Assembly: GCA_934101625.1 (NCBI GenBank)
Contig: CAKORV010000001.1
Location: 2,121-66,120, forward strand
Length of the DNA stretch: 64,000 bases
Direction: 5' to 3'
DNA from: an uncultured Bacilli bacterium
GTDB taxonomy: Bacteria > Bacillota_I > Bacilli_A > RF39 > UBA660
A model generated the notes under the pieces. It made no database searches, was not told the origin of the DNA, and saw nothing but the letters and a program-made list of their open reading frames with translations. The translations under genes and the position numbers were made by a program. Positions 1-8,845 of this stretch are shown here, one piece after another (position 1 is the stretch's first letter; each line of letters opens with the position of its first letter).

Positions 1-721
1 TATCTGGTAAAAATCTATCTGTAATGTATCTATTAGATAGAGTTGCTGCGCTTATTAATGCTTTATCTTGAATTGTAACTCCATGATATATTTCAAATCT
101 TTCTTTTAAACCACGAAGTATTGTTATTGTGTCTTCAACAGTTGGTTCAGCGACTATTACTTTTTGAAATCTTCTTTCAAGTGCTCCATCTTTTTCAATG
201 TACATTCTGTATTCATTTAAAGTAGTAGCACCTATTACGTGTATTTCTCCACGCGCTAGCATAGGTTTTAGAATATTACCAGTGTCCATAGCACCATCCA
301 CAGCGCCTGTACCTACAATTAAATGAATTTCATCAATAAACATTATTAGATTTCCTTCACTTTTCTTTATTTCATCAAGTACTTTTTTTAGTCTTTCTTC
401 AAATTCTCCACGGTATTTAGCACCTGCGATTAAACTAGCCATGTTAAGTTCCCAAATTGTTTTATTTTTTAAACTTTCTGGAACATCTCCTTTTACTATT
501 CTTTCGGCAAGTCCTTCTACAATAGCTGTTTTACCTACACCTGGTTCTCCTATAAGAACAGGGTTGTTTTTTGTTTTTCTAGAAAGTATTCTAGTGATGT
601 TACGAATTTCTTCATCACGACCAATAATAGGATCAATTTTACGATTCTTAACATCTTCATTTATATTACGACCATATTTTTCTAAAACATTTTCGTTTTC
701 TTCATTATTCATATTAAACAT
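1..721 (-). CDS. clpB: ClpB-type Clp/Hsp100 chaperone ATPase, 5' part only (gene runs off the left edge). It starts directly at NBD1 with no Clp_N domain.
   Basis: Minus-strand translation from ATG 721-719: [81 protein letters not shown]...[11 protein letters not shown]...GATTLNEYR...[17 protein letters not shown] just upstream. Track ORF 441-767(+) is its antisense shadow. Confidence 0.85.
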   Translation of the reverse strand, partial: MFNMNNEENENVLEKYGRNINEDVKNRKIDPIIGRDEEIRNITRILSRKTKNNPVLIGEPGVGKTAIVEGLAERIVKGDVPESLKNKTIWELNMASLIAGAKYRGEFEERLKKVLDEIKKSEGNLIMFIDEIHLIVGTGAVDGAMDTGNILKPMLARGEIHVIGATTLNEYRMYIEKDGALERRFQKVIVAEPTVEDTITILRGLKERFEIYHGVTIQDKALISAATLSNRYITDRFLPD

Positions 722-763
722 TTTAATTACCTCCTTTTTACATAGTGTATTATATCATAAAAA

Positions 764-790
764 TTAGCACTCGTCAATGGAGAGTGCTAA
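764..790. promoter_or_regulatory. CIRCE operator (HrcA site) upstream of clpB
   Basis: TTAGCACTC-GTCAATGGA-GAGTGCTAA is a perfect match to TTAGCACTC-N9-GAGTGCTAA. It overlaps the -35 of a minus-strand TTGACG(777-772)-17-TATAAT(754-749) promoter reading into clpB. Confidence 0.85.
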
Positions 791-808
791 TAAAATTAAC
801 TCTAATTT

Positions 809-837
809 TTGACAATTATATATATATTTGATATAAT
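809..837 (+). promoter_or_regulatory. sigma-A-type promoter for the 861-2263 genes
   Basis: TTGACA (809-814), 17-nt spacer, TATAAT (832-837). Confidence 0.55.
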
Positions 838-860
838 ACTTTTGCAAAGGATGATTATAG

Positions 861-1478
861 ATGAAAAAATATAAGCCTAAAAAATGGTTTACATATACAA
901 GATTATTTATTGTATTTATGATTATTTTTACTTTAGGAAGAACTACTAATGTTGTTTATAATGTGGTAAATTCTAAAGATGAGAATGAGAATAAAGCCTT
1001 AGAACATAAGGTTATTGCTGAAAATAAAGAAGATATTTATTATGAAGAAAATCCTGTTTTGACTAAGTATTTAAGTATACCTGAGAAAGGATTTGTTGTA
1101 AGTAATAATAATACTAAATATAGTTTAAGTACTGAAGATTTTAATTTACTTGTGGCTGTTGTATCTAGTGAAAGTAATAAGAAGTTAGATGATATTATGG
1201 CAGTTATGAGTGTTATTTTAAATAGATGTGATAGAAGCGGTAAGACTCCAGTTGAAGTTATTACTGCACCTGGGCAATTTTCTGGATATTTACAAGGATA
1301 TTATAGAAATTATTTAAATGCTGATAATACTTTAAAGAGTAATACAACTTTAGTTCAAGAAGTAGTTAATGATGCTTTAAATGGTGTTAGAAATAATAAA
1401 TATTATAGTTTTAGATCATGGAATAGTTATTATTATGGTGAAAACTATATAGTAGAATATGGAAATAGGTTTAATTAA
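861..1478 (+). CDS. SleB-like cell wall hydrolase domain protein (membrane-anchored)
   Basis: N-terminal TM. LLVAVVSSESNKKLDDIMAVMSVILNRCDRSGKTPVEVITAPGQFSGY resembles the Hydrolase_2 (SleB/CwlJ) core. Confidence 0.6.
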   Translation: MKKYKPKKWFTYTRLFIVFMIIFTLGRTTNVVYNVVNSKDENENKALEHKVIAENKEDIYYEENPVLTKYLSIPEKGFVVSNNNTKYSLSTEDFNLLVAVVSSESNKKLDDIMAVMSVILNRCDRSGKTPVEVITAPGQFSGYLQGYYRNYLNADNTLKSNTTLVQEVVNDALNGVRNNKYYSFRSWNSYYYGENYIVEYGNRFN

Positions 1479-2263
1479 TGGAAAAGTTTGAGTTTAAGAA
1501 AAGTCTAGGACAAAATTTTTTGATAGATAATAATATTAAGAGAAAAATAGTAGATTCTGCGTCAATTGATTCAGAATCTTTAATACTTGAAGTGGGACCT
1601 GGTAATGGTGCGATTACTAAGTTATTAGTTGAGAAAGATGTACCAGTTATTGCTTTTGAAATAGATACTAGGCTTAAAAGTGAACTTGATAAAATAAAAA
1701 GTGATAACCTTAAGGTTATTTATGGAGATTTTCTTAATGTTAATTTAGATGATGTATTAAAAAACTATAAGTATAGTAATATCCATTTAATAGCAAATCT
1801 TCCTTATTATATAACTACACCTATAATTAATAAAGTAATTAGTGAAGTATGCATAGATGAAATGATTATTATGGTTCAAAAAGAGGTTGGAGATAGATTT
1901 AAGGCTAAGCCGGGTACTAAGGATTATAATAGTTTGAGTGTTTTTTTACAATATTATTTTGATATAGAAAAAGTTGTTTTGGTTAGTAAAAATTCTTTTA
2001 TACCTAGGCCTAAGGTGGATAGTATTGTAGTTAAGTTTACTAGAAAGAAAGAATTATTATATGTTAAAGATGAAGAGATGTTTTTTAAATTTGTTAGAGA
2101 TTCTTTTAAACAAAAAAGAAAGAATTTAAGAAATAATTTAAGAGAATATGATCTTATTAAATTAGAAAATGCTTTAAAGAAAGTAAATAAAGATTTAACT
2201 TATCGTGCTGAACAAATGAGTTTAGAAGACTTTGTAAGTGTGTTTAATGAGTGCAATAAATAA
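1478..2263 (+). CDS. rsmA: 16S rRNA (adenine1518/1519-N6)-dimethyltransferase
   Basis: KSLGQNFLIDNNI..., SAM motif LEVGPGNGAIT, NLPYYITTPII. Confidence 0.9.
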   Translation: MEKFEFKKSLGQNFLIDNNIKRKIVDSASIDSESLILEVGPGNGAITKLLVEKDVPVIAFEIDTRLKSELDKIKSDNLKVIYGDFLNVNLDDVLKNYKYSNIHLIANLPYYITTPIINKVISEVCIDEMIIMVQKEVGDRFKAKPGTKDYNSLSVFLQYYFDIEKVVLVSKNSFIPRPKVDSIVVKFTRKKELLYVKDEEMFFKFVRDSFKQKRKNLRNNLREYDLIKLENALKKVNKDLTYRAEQMSLEDFVSVFNECNK

Positions 2264-2318
2264 TAAACTATATATTGGTTTATTTCTTTTAATGTGGTAT
2301 ACTTTTTATAGATAGGAT

Positions 2319-2984
2319 ATGGTTATTATGAAGAATGTATTATTTGGATTTTTATCAATTTTAAGTATTAGTTCTACTAACGATATAGTATATATGGTTA
2401 TAGAAGGTGTTATTTTGTTTATGGTTATACTTATAGTTTTAAAAAGAAGTAAGGAAACTATTTTGAAAGATGAAAATGATCCTAATAATAAAGATTCTCT
2501 TAGTAGAAGTGTTAGTACGGTACCTTTATATGAAGAATTAGACGAAGATAAAATAAAAAAGGTAGTACCTAACTATGATAAAAATGAATTTAATAATATG
2601 GTGTTTAATTTATATAAAGATATACAAATTTCTTTTATGAATGAAGATACTAAGAAAATTAGTGAATTAAGTACAGAAGATATATGTAAGATGTATTGTA
2701 CACAAATTAATATTTTAAAGGCAAAGAATCAAAAGAATAAAATAGAAGATATAGAATTAATAGAATCTAAAATTATTGGTGTAAATGATAATGAGGGTAT
2801 ACAAAGTGTAGAAGTATATTTAAATGTTAGGTGTTATGATTATGTAATTAAAGAAAGTAATCATGCGGTTGTTAAAGGGAGAAATAATAGAAAACTTAAT
2901 GTTACGTATATTTTAACATTAGTAAAAAAGTCAAACAAATTTGTTTTGAGTAAGAAACAAATTATTGGACAACATGTAGAGTAA
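2319..2984 (+). CDS. membrane protein with Tim44-like C-terminal domain
   Basis: N-terminal TM, then NEFNNMVFNLYKDIQISFMNEDTKKISELSTEDICKMY...IELIESKIIGV, the layout typical of bacterial Tim44-like proteins. Confidence 0.4.
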   Translation: MVIMKNVLFGFLSILSISSTNDIVYMVIEGVILFMVILIVLKRSKETILKDENDPNNKDSLSRSVSTVPLYEELDEDKIKKVVPNYDKNEFNNMVFNLYKDIQISFMNEDTKKISELSTEDICKMYCTQINILKAKNQKNKIEDIELIESKIIGVNDNEGIQSVEVYLNVRCYDYVIKESNHAVVKGRNNRKLNVTYILTLVKKSNKFVLSKKQIIGQHVE

Positions 2985-3041
2985 TTTTACTCTTTTTTTC
3001 ATATATTTTTTTAAATTTCATATTATTTGTTAGGGGGTAAT

Positions 3042-3827
3042 ATGATAAAAGAAGGAGATTTTGTTACTAGAAAAAGTTATAATAATGATATAGTTTTTGA
3101 AGTTATTTTAGTTGAAGGTAAAACTTGCTTACTTAAGGGTGTAGATGTTAGATTGAGTGCTGATGCTCCGATAAGTGATTTGGTTTTGTGTGATAGAAAT
3201 AAAATAAGTAATAAAGATGACTTTTGTCCAGAGATAGATTTTATAAGAAATATGGATAGGAGTGAGTTTTTTTATTTGCCTGGTAAAATATTACATATAG
3301 ATGGAGATAAGTCATATCTAGATAGATGTATGGAATTTTATAAAAAGAATAATGTTAAGGCTTATGGTAAATGTCTTAAAGAGGGTGATATGCCTGGAGA
3401 GATAGTTAAATATTTAAAGATGTATAATCCTGATATACTTATTATTACTGGGCATGATGCATATTTTAAAAAAAGAGATAAAGATACTAATAGTATGTAT
3501 AAGAATAGTGAAAATTTTTGTAAGGCAGTTATAGAAGCAAGAAAGTTTGAAAAGAGCAATGAGAAACTAATTATAATAGCGGGTGCTTGTCAAAGTAATT
3601 ATGAAGAATTAATTAGAAGTGGTGCGACATTTGCATCTAGTCCTAAAAAAATTAATATACATGCTTTAGATCCAGCGATTATAGCGGCACAGTTAAGTCT
3701 TTTGGATAAGAATACTGAGGTAGATTTAATAGATTTGCTATCAAAGACTAAGTATGGTAAAGATGGAATAGGTGGACTTAAGAGTAAAGGAACTATGTAT
3801 ATGGGTTACCCTAGAAATGAGGTGTAA
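3042..3827 (+). CDS. yabG: sporulation peptidase YabG
   Basis: DILIITGHDAY...IIIAGACQSNYEEL...IHALDP pattern of peptidase U57. Start moved to ATG 3042 behind an AGGGGG RBS (track ORF begins at TTG 3027). Confidence 0.8.
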   Translation: MIKEGDFVTRKSYNNDIVFEVILVEGKTCLLKGVDVRLSADAPISDLVLCDRNKISNKDDFCPEIDFIRNMDRSEFFYLPGKILHIDGDKSYLDRCMEFYKKNNVKAYGKCLKEGDMPGEIVKYLKMYNPDILIITGHDAYFKKRDKDTNSMYKNSENFCKAVIEARKFEKSNEKLIIIAGACQSNYEELIRSGATFASSPKKINIHALDPAIIAAQLSLLDKNTEVDLIDLLSKTKYGKDGIGGLKSKGTMYMGYPRNEV

Positions 3828-4044
3828 CTTGAATTTATATAAAGAAAAAACAAGAATAAAAAATTTATTAAATAAACAGGTTAGACTTAAGGTTAATATT
3901 GGTAGAAATAAATTTGAATATTATAATGGGGTTATTGAAGGTATGTATGATTCAGTGTTTACTGTGAGTGTTAATGGTATAATTAAAAGTTTTTCTTATG
4001 CTGATTTATTAACTAAAAATGTACTAATAAAAAAGAGTATTTAA
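3817..4044 (+). CDS. veg: Veg (DUF1021) protein
   Basis: VRLKVNIGRNKFEYYNGVIEGMYDSVFTVSVNG...SFSYADLLTKNVLI. Conserved position after yabG. Start uncertain (ATG 3817, overlaps the yabG stop). Confidence 0.75.
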   Translation: MRCNLNLYKEKTRIKNLLNKQVRLKVNIGRNKFEYYNGVIEGMYDSVFTVSVNGIIKSFSYADLLTKNVLIKKSI

Positions 4045-4096
4045 TGATAGGCATTAGCCTATTTTTTTGTTATAATTTATTTAGAAAGTAGGTTAT

Positions 4097-4987
4097 ATGA
4101 AGAATAGGTATGTTTATTGTGTTTTTGTATTAATATTTATTTTTGCTGTATTTTTTGGTATTTATAGATTTCAAAAAAATTATATATCTAATTTTAAAGA
4201 TAATAGAAATAACATGTTAAAAGTTTGTGATGAAAATGAAACATTAGAATGGTGTGATAAAGAATTAAAGGAATATAATAATTATAAAGATTGTTTAGGA
4301 AAAATAAATAAAGAATGTAAGTTAATAGTTAAAAGGTATGAAAAGTTTGGGTTAAATAGTTATGATACTTTTGATTATATTATGACAGATGAAATAATGG
4401 GAATGTTTCAAGTTGGTGTGACTCTTATTTTGTTTTTCTTTTTAAGTTTATATTATTCTAAATATTTAAATAATTTAACTATAAAAAATTATTTATGTAG
4501 GGAGAGCTATAATAAATATATTAAAGATGTTTATGTAGGTGGGGTTAAGTATAGTATACTTCTTGTTACATTCGTATTAATTTTCATGTTATATTCTTGT
4601 TTATATGCTGGTGATTTAAGCTTATTACTTGATAAAACTACTTTATTTAACTTGATATATTTGTTAATGCTAAGCATTTTTTATATGAATCTTACTTTTA
4701 TCTGTTCTGTTGGAAATAAAAACTTTGTTATTGGACTAGCTAAAACCATTTTAAGTTACTTTTTAGTTGTTTGTATATGTGAACAACCTAGAGTTATTTT
4801 TGATAAGTTTAAAAAAATTAAATCTTTTAATATAGTAGATCTTATTGTTAAAGAAAATATTAATACTTATTTAATTGGTGGAATTTTATTATTTATTATA
4901 AGTGGTTTGATTGCATATGTTTTGTTTAAAAATAAAGAGAGAATAATTAGTATGTTAGAAAAAGGAGATAATGAGTATGAAGATTAA
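4097..4987 (+). CDS. polytopic membrane protein with Cys-rich extracytoplasmic loop, likely ABC-associated
   Basis: Several hydrophobic spans. Overlaps the downstream ABC ATPase gene. Confidence 0.4.
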   Translation: MKNRYVYCVFVLIFIFAVFFGIYRFQKNYISNFKDNRNNMLKVCDENETLEWCDKELKEYNNYKDCLGKINKECKLIVKRYEKFGLNSYDTFDYIMTDEIMGMFQVGVTLILFFFLSLYYSKYLNNLTIKNYLCRESYNKYIKDVYVGGVKYSILLVTFVLIFMLYSCLYAGDLSLLLDKTTLFNLIYLLMLSIFYMNLTFICSVGNKNFVIGLAKTILSYFLVVCICEQPRVIFDKFKKIKSFNIVDLIVKENINTYLIGGILLFIISGLIAYVLFKNKERIISMLEKGDNEYED

Positions 4988-5606
4988 AGTTAATAATTTA
5001 AGTAAAAAGTTTAAAAGTAATATTATTTTTGAGAATGTGAATTTAGAATTTGAATCAGGTAAGATATATGGAATAGTTGGTCTTAATGGAAGTGGTAAAA
5101 GTGTGTTTTTAAAGATATTAACTGGACTTTATTATCCTACTAGTGGTGAAATATTATTTGATGGAGTTAATTATAATAAAAACAATATGTTTCCTAAAAG
5201 TTTAAGAGCATTAATAGAAAAACCTTCTTTTTTTCCGGATTTAAGTGCATTTGATAATCTAAAGTTGTTAGCGAATATTCAGAATAAAATATCTGATGAA
5301 GAAATAATAAATATATTAAAACTTGTTAATTTAGAAAATAATAATAAAAAATATTATCAATTTTCTTTAGGAATGAAACAAAAATTAGCTATAGCGAGTG
5401 TTTTAATGGAAGATGTTGATGTAATAATTTTAGATGAACCTTTTAATGCGATTGACGAAAAAACTGTTAATAAAATTAAAGATTATTTACTAAGTATAAA
5501 GAAAGATAAAATTATAATTTTGTGTTCACATTATAAAGAGGATTTGAAAGATTTAGAAATAAATGAACTATATAAATTTGAAAATGGAAGGGTAAATAAA
5601 TTATAA
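4977..5606 (+). CDS. ABC transporter ATP-binding protein
   Basis: Walker A GLNGSGKS, signature FSLGMKQKLAI, Walker B VIILDEP, H-loop CSH. ATG 4977 is better spaced from the GGAG RBS than ATG 4971. Confidence 0.85.
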   Translation: MKIKVNNLSKKFKSNIIFENVNLEFESGKIYGIVGLNGSGKSVFLKILTGLYYPTSGEILFDGVNYNKNNMFPKSLRALIEKPSFFPDLSAFDNLKLLANIQNKISDEEIINILKLVNLENNNKKYYQFSLGMKQKLAIASVLMEDVDVIILDEPFNAIDEKTVNKIKDYLLSIKKDKIIILCSHYKEDLKDLEINELYKFENGRVNKL

Positions 5607-6346
5607 TGAAAAGATTTTTTAGTGATGTAAAATATTTTATTATAACAAGATTATTTGTATTAACTTTATTTTTATCATTAACTTTATCTATATTTTTTCT
5701 ATATATTCCTAAATCTGATAATACTAATTTACTTAGAAACTACTTAATGAATTCATCTAATGTTGTATTTTCATTTTTAATGTTAGTGATGTGTCTTATT
5801 ATATCTAATAAGATATTTAATGAAATTAAGAGTAATGTTAATTATTTGGTTAGATTTAGTGATAGAGTTAGTGCTTATAGATATTTTTTAAAGATAATAA
5901 TATTCATTAATACTTTGATTATGCTTATTTGTTATGTTATTCCTTTTGTTTTATTGGTTATAGATGGTAGATTAACTTTTATACTTGGAGAATATTATAA
6001 GGGTATTAATTATTTGATTTATGTAATCTTTTACGTTATTAGAAATGTTTTTGTTATAAATGTTCTTATGTTAATTTATTTTGCTTTTAGATTATTATTT
6101 AATAGTAAGATTGCTTTAGGTTTATATTTATGCAATATAGTTAGTTTAGTGTTATTACCAATTAATAGTGGTTTAATTAACAATTTAAGTCAGTTTAAAT
6201 TACTTCCTAAGTATTATTTATATCCTATAAGATATTCATCATTTTTATTTGAAGCAAGTACATCTATTTTATATGTTTCTATATTATTTACAATTTACTT
6301 TGTTATATTAAATATTTATTCTAAAAAGAATAGCGATATTATTTAG
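5606..6346 (+). CDS. ABC-2-like membrane permease (hypothetical)
   Basis: About 6 hydrophobic spans. Start overlaps the stop of the ATPase gene. Confidence 0.45.
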   Translation: MKRFFSDVKYFIITRLFVLTLFLSLTLSIFFLYIPKSDNTNLLRNYLMNSSNVVFSFLMLVMCLIISNKIFNEIKSNVNYLVRFSDRVSAYRYFLKIIIFINTLIMLICYVIPFVLLVIDGRLTFILGEYYKGINYLIYVIFYVIRNVFVINVLMLIYFAFRLLFNSKIALGLYLCNIVSLVLLPINSGLINNLSQFKLLPKYYLYPIRYSSFLFEASTSILYVSILFTIYFVILNIYSKKNSDII

Positions 6347-6434
6347 TTTACATTTATTTGTAAACATTTTCTTTAATACTTGATTTCATAATAATCTCGT
6401 TTTATAATTATGTTAGAGTTACAAGGAGGATATT

Positions 6435-6713
6435 ATGAAGATAACTAACATTAGTATACGTAAGGTAGATAGAGAAGACTCACGTATGAAAGGTATTGCA
6501 TCTGTATTATTAGATGATGAATTTGCAGTACATGACATTAGAATTATAGAAGGGACTAAAGGTTTATTCATAGCAATGCCTAGTAGAAAAACTAGTACTG
6601 GTGGATTTAAAGATATAGCACATCCAATTAGTCAAGAAGTTCGTAGTATGTTTGAAAGAGAAATTCTTGATGCTTATGAAAAAGCTGAAGATACACCAAC
6701 TACAGAAGAATAA
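6435..6713 (+). CDS. spoVG: septation/sporulation regulator SpoVG
   Basis: MKITNISIRKVDREDSRMKGIASVLLDDEFAVHDIRIIEGTKGLFIAMPSRKT...FKDIAHPI. Confidence 0.9.
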   Translation: MKITNISIRKVDREDSRMKGIASVLLDDEFAVHDIRIIEGTKGLFIAMPSRKTSTGGFKDIAHPISQEVRSMFEREILDAYEKAEDTPTTEE

Positions 6714-6764
6714 GGTTCTAGTAATAGAATCTTTTTTTGTACATATAATTTTCTAGGTGATATT

Positions 6765-7058
6765 ATGGATACACATAGAGAATTAGAAAGTAATTTTAAT
6801 CATTCAATTCAAATAAATGAAAGAAAAAGTGCAGTTATAACTGGAGTTAAAAAGTTAGAAAATTTTGATAGTAAAGAGTTTTTTTTAGAAAGTGTTATGG
6901 GATATATTTTAATTAAAGGAGAAGGACTTGAACTTATTAAGTTGGATACTTTTCAGGGGACACTTTCTATTAAAGGAATAATAAATAGTTTTACTTATTT
7001 AGAAGCTGGAGGAAAGAAATCTAATAAAGAAAGTATGATTTCTAAATTGTTTAAATAA
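6765..7058 (+). CDS. yabP: sporulation protein YabP
   Basis: ERKSAVITGVKKLENFDSKEFFLESVMGYILIKGEGLELIKLD...GTLSIKG. Followed by yabQ as in Bacillus. Confidence 0.75.
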   Translation: MDTHRELESNFNHSIQINERKSAVITGVKKLENFDSKEFFLESVMGYILIKGEGLELIKLDTFQGTLSIKGIINSFTYLEAGGKKSNKESMISKLFK

Positions 7059-7348
7059 TGGATTTAAAGTTGCAAATTCTTTCTATACTTTTTTCTTTTG
7101 GTTATGGAATAATTTCTAGTTATTTATATAATCTTAATTATAATTTTATACATGATACTACTATACTTTATAAACTTGTTATTAACATACTTTTTTGTGT
7201 TAATTTGGGTTTAATATATTTTATATTGATTAAAGTTATTAACTATGGAGTTGTACACATTTATTTTGTATTCTCTTTTATAGTTGGTTTTGTTTTGTTT
7301 GTTAATAAGTATAAGTTTTTAAGAAACGTGTTTAAAGTTAAGAAATGA
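7058..7348 (+). CDS. yabQ: spore cortex biosynthesis membrane protein YabQ
   Basis: Small 3-TM protein translationally coupled to yabP. Confidence 0.6.
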   Translation: MDLKLQILSILFSFGYGIISSYLYNLNYNFIHDTTILYKLVINILFCVNLGLIYFILIKVINYGVVHIYFVFSFIVGFVLFVNKYKFLRNVFKVKK

Positions 7349-7395
7349 TTTAGGAAAGTGTGATAAAAAGTTTTGATTAGTAAAGACTAATTTTT

Positions 7396-7527
7396 ATGAT
7401 TGATATAATAATATCCTTAGGGAATAATGATATTTCAATTAGATTTTCTTTAAATAATTTAGGTAAGGATGGTAAGATTGTAAATATACCACTTTATTTT
7501 ATAGAATATATTGATAATATAATTTAA
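7396..7527 (+). pseudogene. possible 3'-terminal remnant of an AAA/DUF4143 ATPase gene
   Basis: 43-codon ORF ...ISIRFSLNNLGKDGKIVNIPLYFIEYI resembles the C-termini seen at 16224-16400(-) (YGIKLGNKNIGFNRKFYTFPYFMTFLL) and 17790-17890(+). Confidence 0.3.
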
Positions 7528-7548
7528 GATAATATTTTTAGTATTATT

Positions 7549-7621
7549 AATTGCATCATATTTGTTGCCAATTGCATCATTTTGTGATAAAATGGTGCAA
7601 ATGAAACGGAGTGATGCGATT
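7549..7621 (+). promoter_or_regulatory. fic promoter with three copies of an 11-bp operator-like motif
   Basis: AATTGCATCAT at 7549-7559 and 7570-7580 (21 bp apart). An inverted 9/11 copy (GTGATGCGATT) lies at 7611-7621, abutting the TTG start. TTGCCA(7565-7570)-17-TAAAAT(7588-7593) with an extended TG. Confidence 0.5.
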
Positions 7622-8673
7622 TGAGAAAATTTAATTTAATGGAAGAATATAATAGTGTTATAAATAACAACAATATTATTAAATTATTAAGTATAATTCA
7701 TGAATATAAAGGAAAACAGATATATTTATTAAATTCGAAGAAAGAAACCGTAGATACTTTATTAAAGGTTGCTAAAATTCAGAGTACTTTTTCATCTAAT
7801 AAAATTGAAGGTATTTCTACTACAGATAAAAGAATTAATGAAATAGTAATTCAGAAATTGGAACCTAAAAATAGAAATGAAGAGGAGATTGCAGGATATA
7901 GAGATGTACTGTCATTAATACATGAAAGTTATAATTATATTGATATTAATAAGAATACTATTTTACAATTACATAAAAAATTATACAAATATACAGGCTA
8001 TAATTATGGTGGAAAGTTTAAAAATTCACAAAATTATATTGAAGAAGTAAATGAAGATGGAACAAAGATAATAAGATTTACACCTTTATCTCCTATTGAA
8101 ACACCTTTAGCTATTGAAAATCTTTGTCAAAATTATGAAGAATTACTAAATGAAGAATTATGTGATTTGCTGGTATTAATACCTATATTTATATTTGATT
8201 TTGTATCTATACATCCATTTAATGATGGTAATGGAAGAATGAGTAGATTGCTTACTTTATTGTTATTATATAAAGCAGATTATATAGTTGGAAAATATAT
8301 TAGTATTGAAAGAATTATCGAAGAAACAAAAGAAAGTTATTATGATGTACTGAAAAAAAGTTCAGTGGACTGGCATTGTAATAAAAATGATTATTCTTAT
8401 TTTGTAGAGTATTATTTAGGAATAATATTAAAAGCTTATAAAGAATTTGATTCTAAAATAAATATTATCGGAAATAAAAAGATTGATTCTTATGCTAGAA
8501 TTATAGAAATATTTAAAGAAAATATCATTCCTTTGGATAAAGCTTTTATAATGAATAGTTGTCCTGATTTAAGTGAATCTACTGTTGAAAGAATATTAAG
8601 TAAGTTATTCAAAGAGAATAAAATTGTTAAAATATCTGGTGGAAGATATACAAAATACAAGTTAAATAACTAA
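7621..8673 (+). CDS. Fic family protein (AMPylase-type) with C-terminal winged-helix-like domain
   Basis: Fic motif HPFNDGNGRMSR. C-terminal ESTVERILSKLFKENKIVKISGGRYTKYKL looks like a wHTH. TTG start 9 nt after GGAG. Confidence 0.85.
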   Translation: MRKFNLMEEYNSVINNNNIIKLLSIIHEYKGKQIYLLNSKKETVDTLLKVAKIQSTFSSNKIEGISTTDKRINEIVIQKLEPKNRNEEEIAGYRDVLSLIHESYNYIDINKNTILQLHKKLYKYTGYNYGGKFKNSQNYIEEVNEDGTKIIRFTPLSPIETPLAIENLCQNYEELLNEELCDLLVLIPIFIFDFVSIHPFNDGNGRMSRLLTLLLLYKADYIVGKYISIERIIEETKESYYDVLKKSSVDWHCNKNDYSYFVEYYLGIILKAYKEFDSKINIIGNKKIDSYARIIEIFKENIIPLDKAFIMNSCPDLSESTVERILSKLFKENKIVKISGGRYTKYKLNN

Positions 8674-8845
8674 GATTTTTGATTAATAATTTGATTTCTA
8701 TTATGCAAAATCAAAAAAATGAAAAATGCGTTCTAGAGTGGTTTTGGTGTAACAATATTAATAAATATAAAATAACTAAATCTTTTTTCTTTCTATTTCA
8801 TATAATTTTGGTTATAATAGATATGAAAGGATTTGAAAATATAAT

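Noticed and set aside
441-767. 108-aa + strand ORF
   Set aside because: Antisense shadow of clpB (Walker A and B motifs read on the minus strand).
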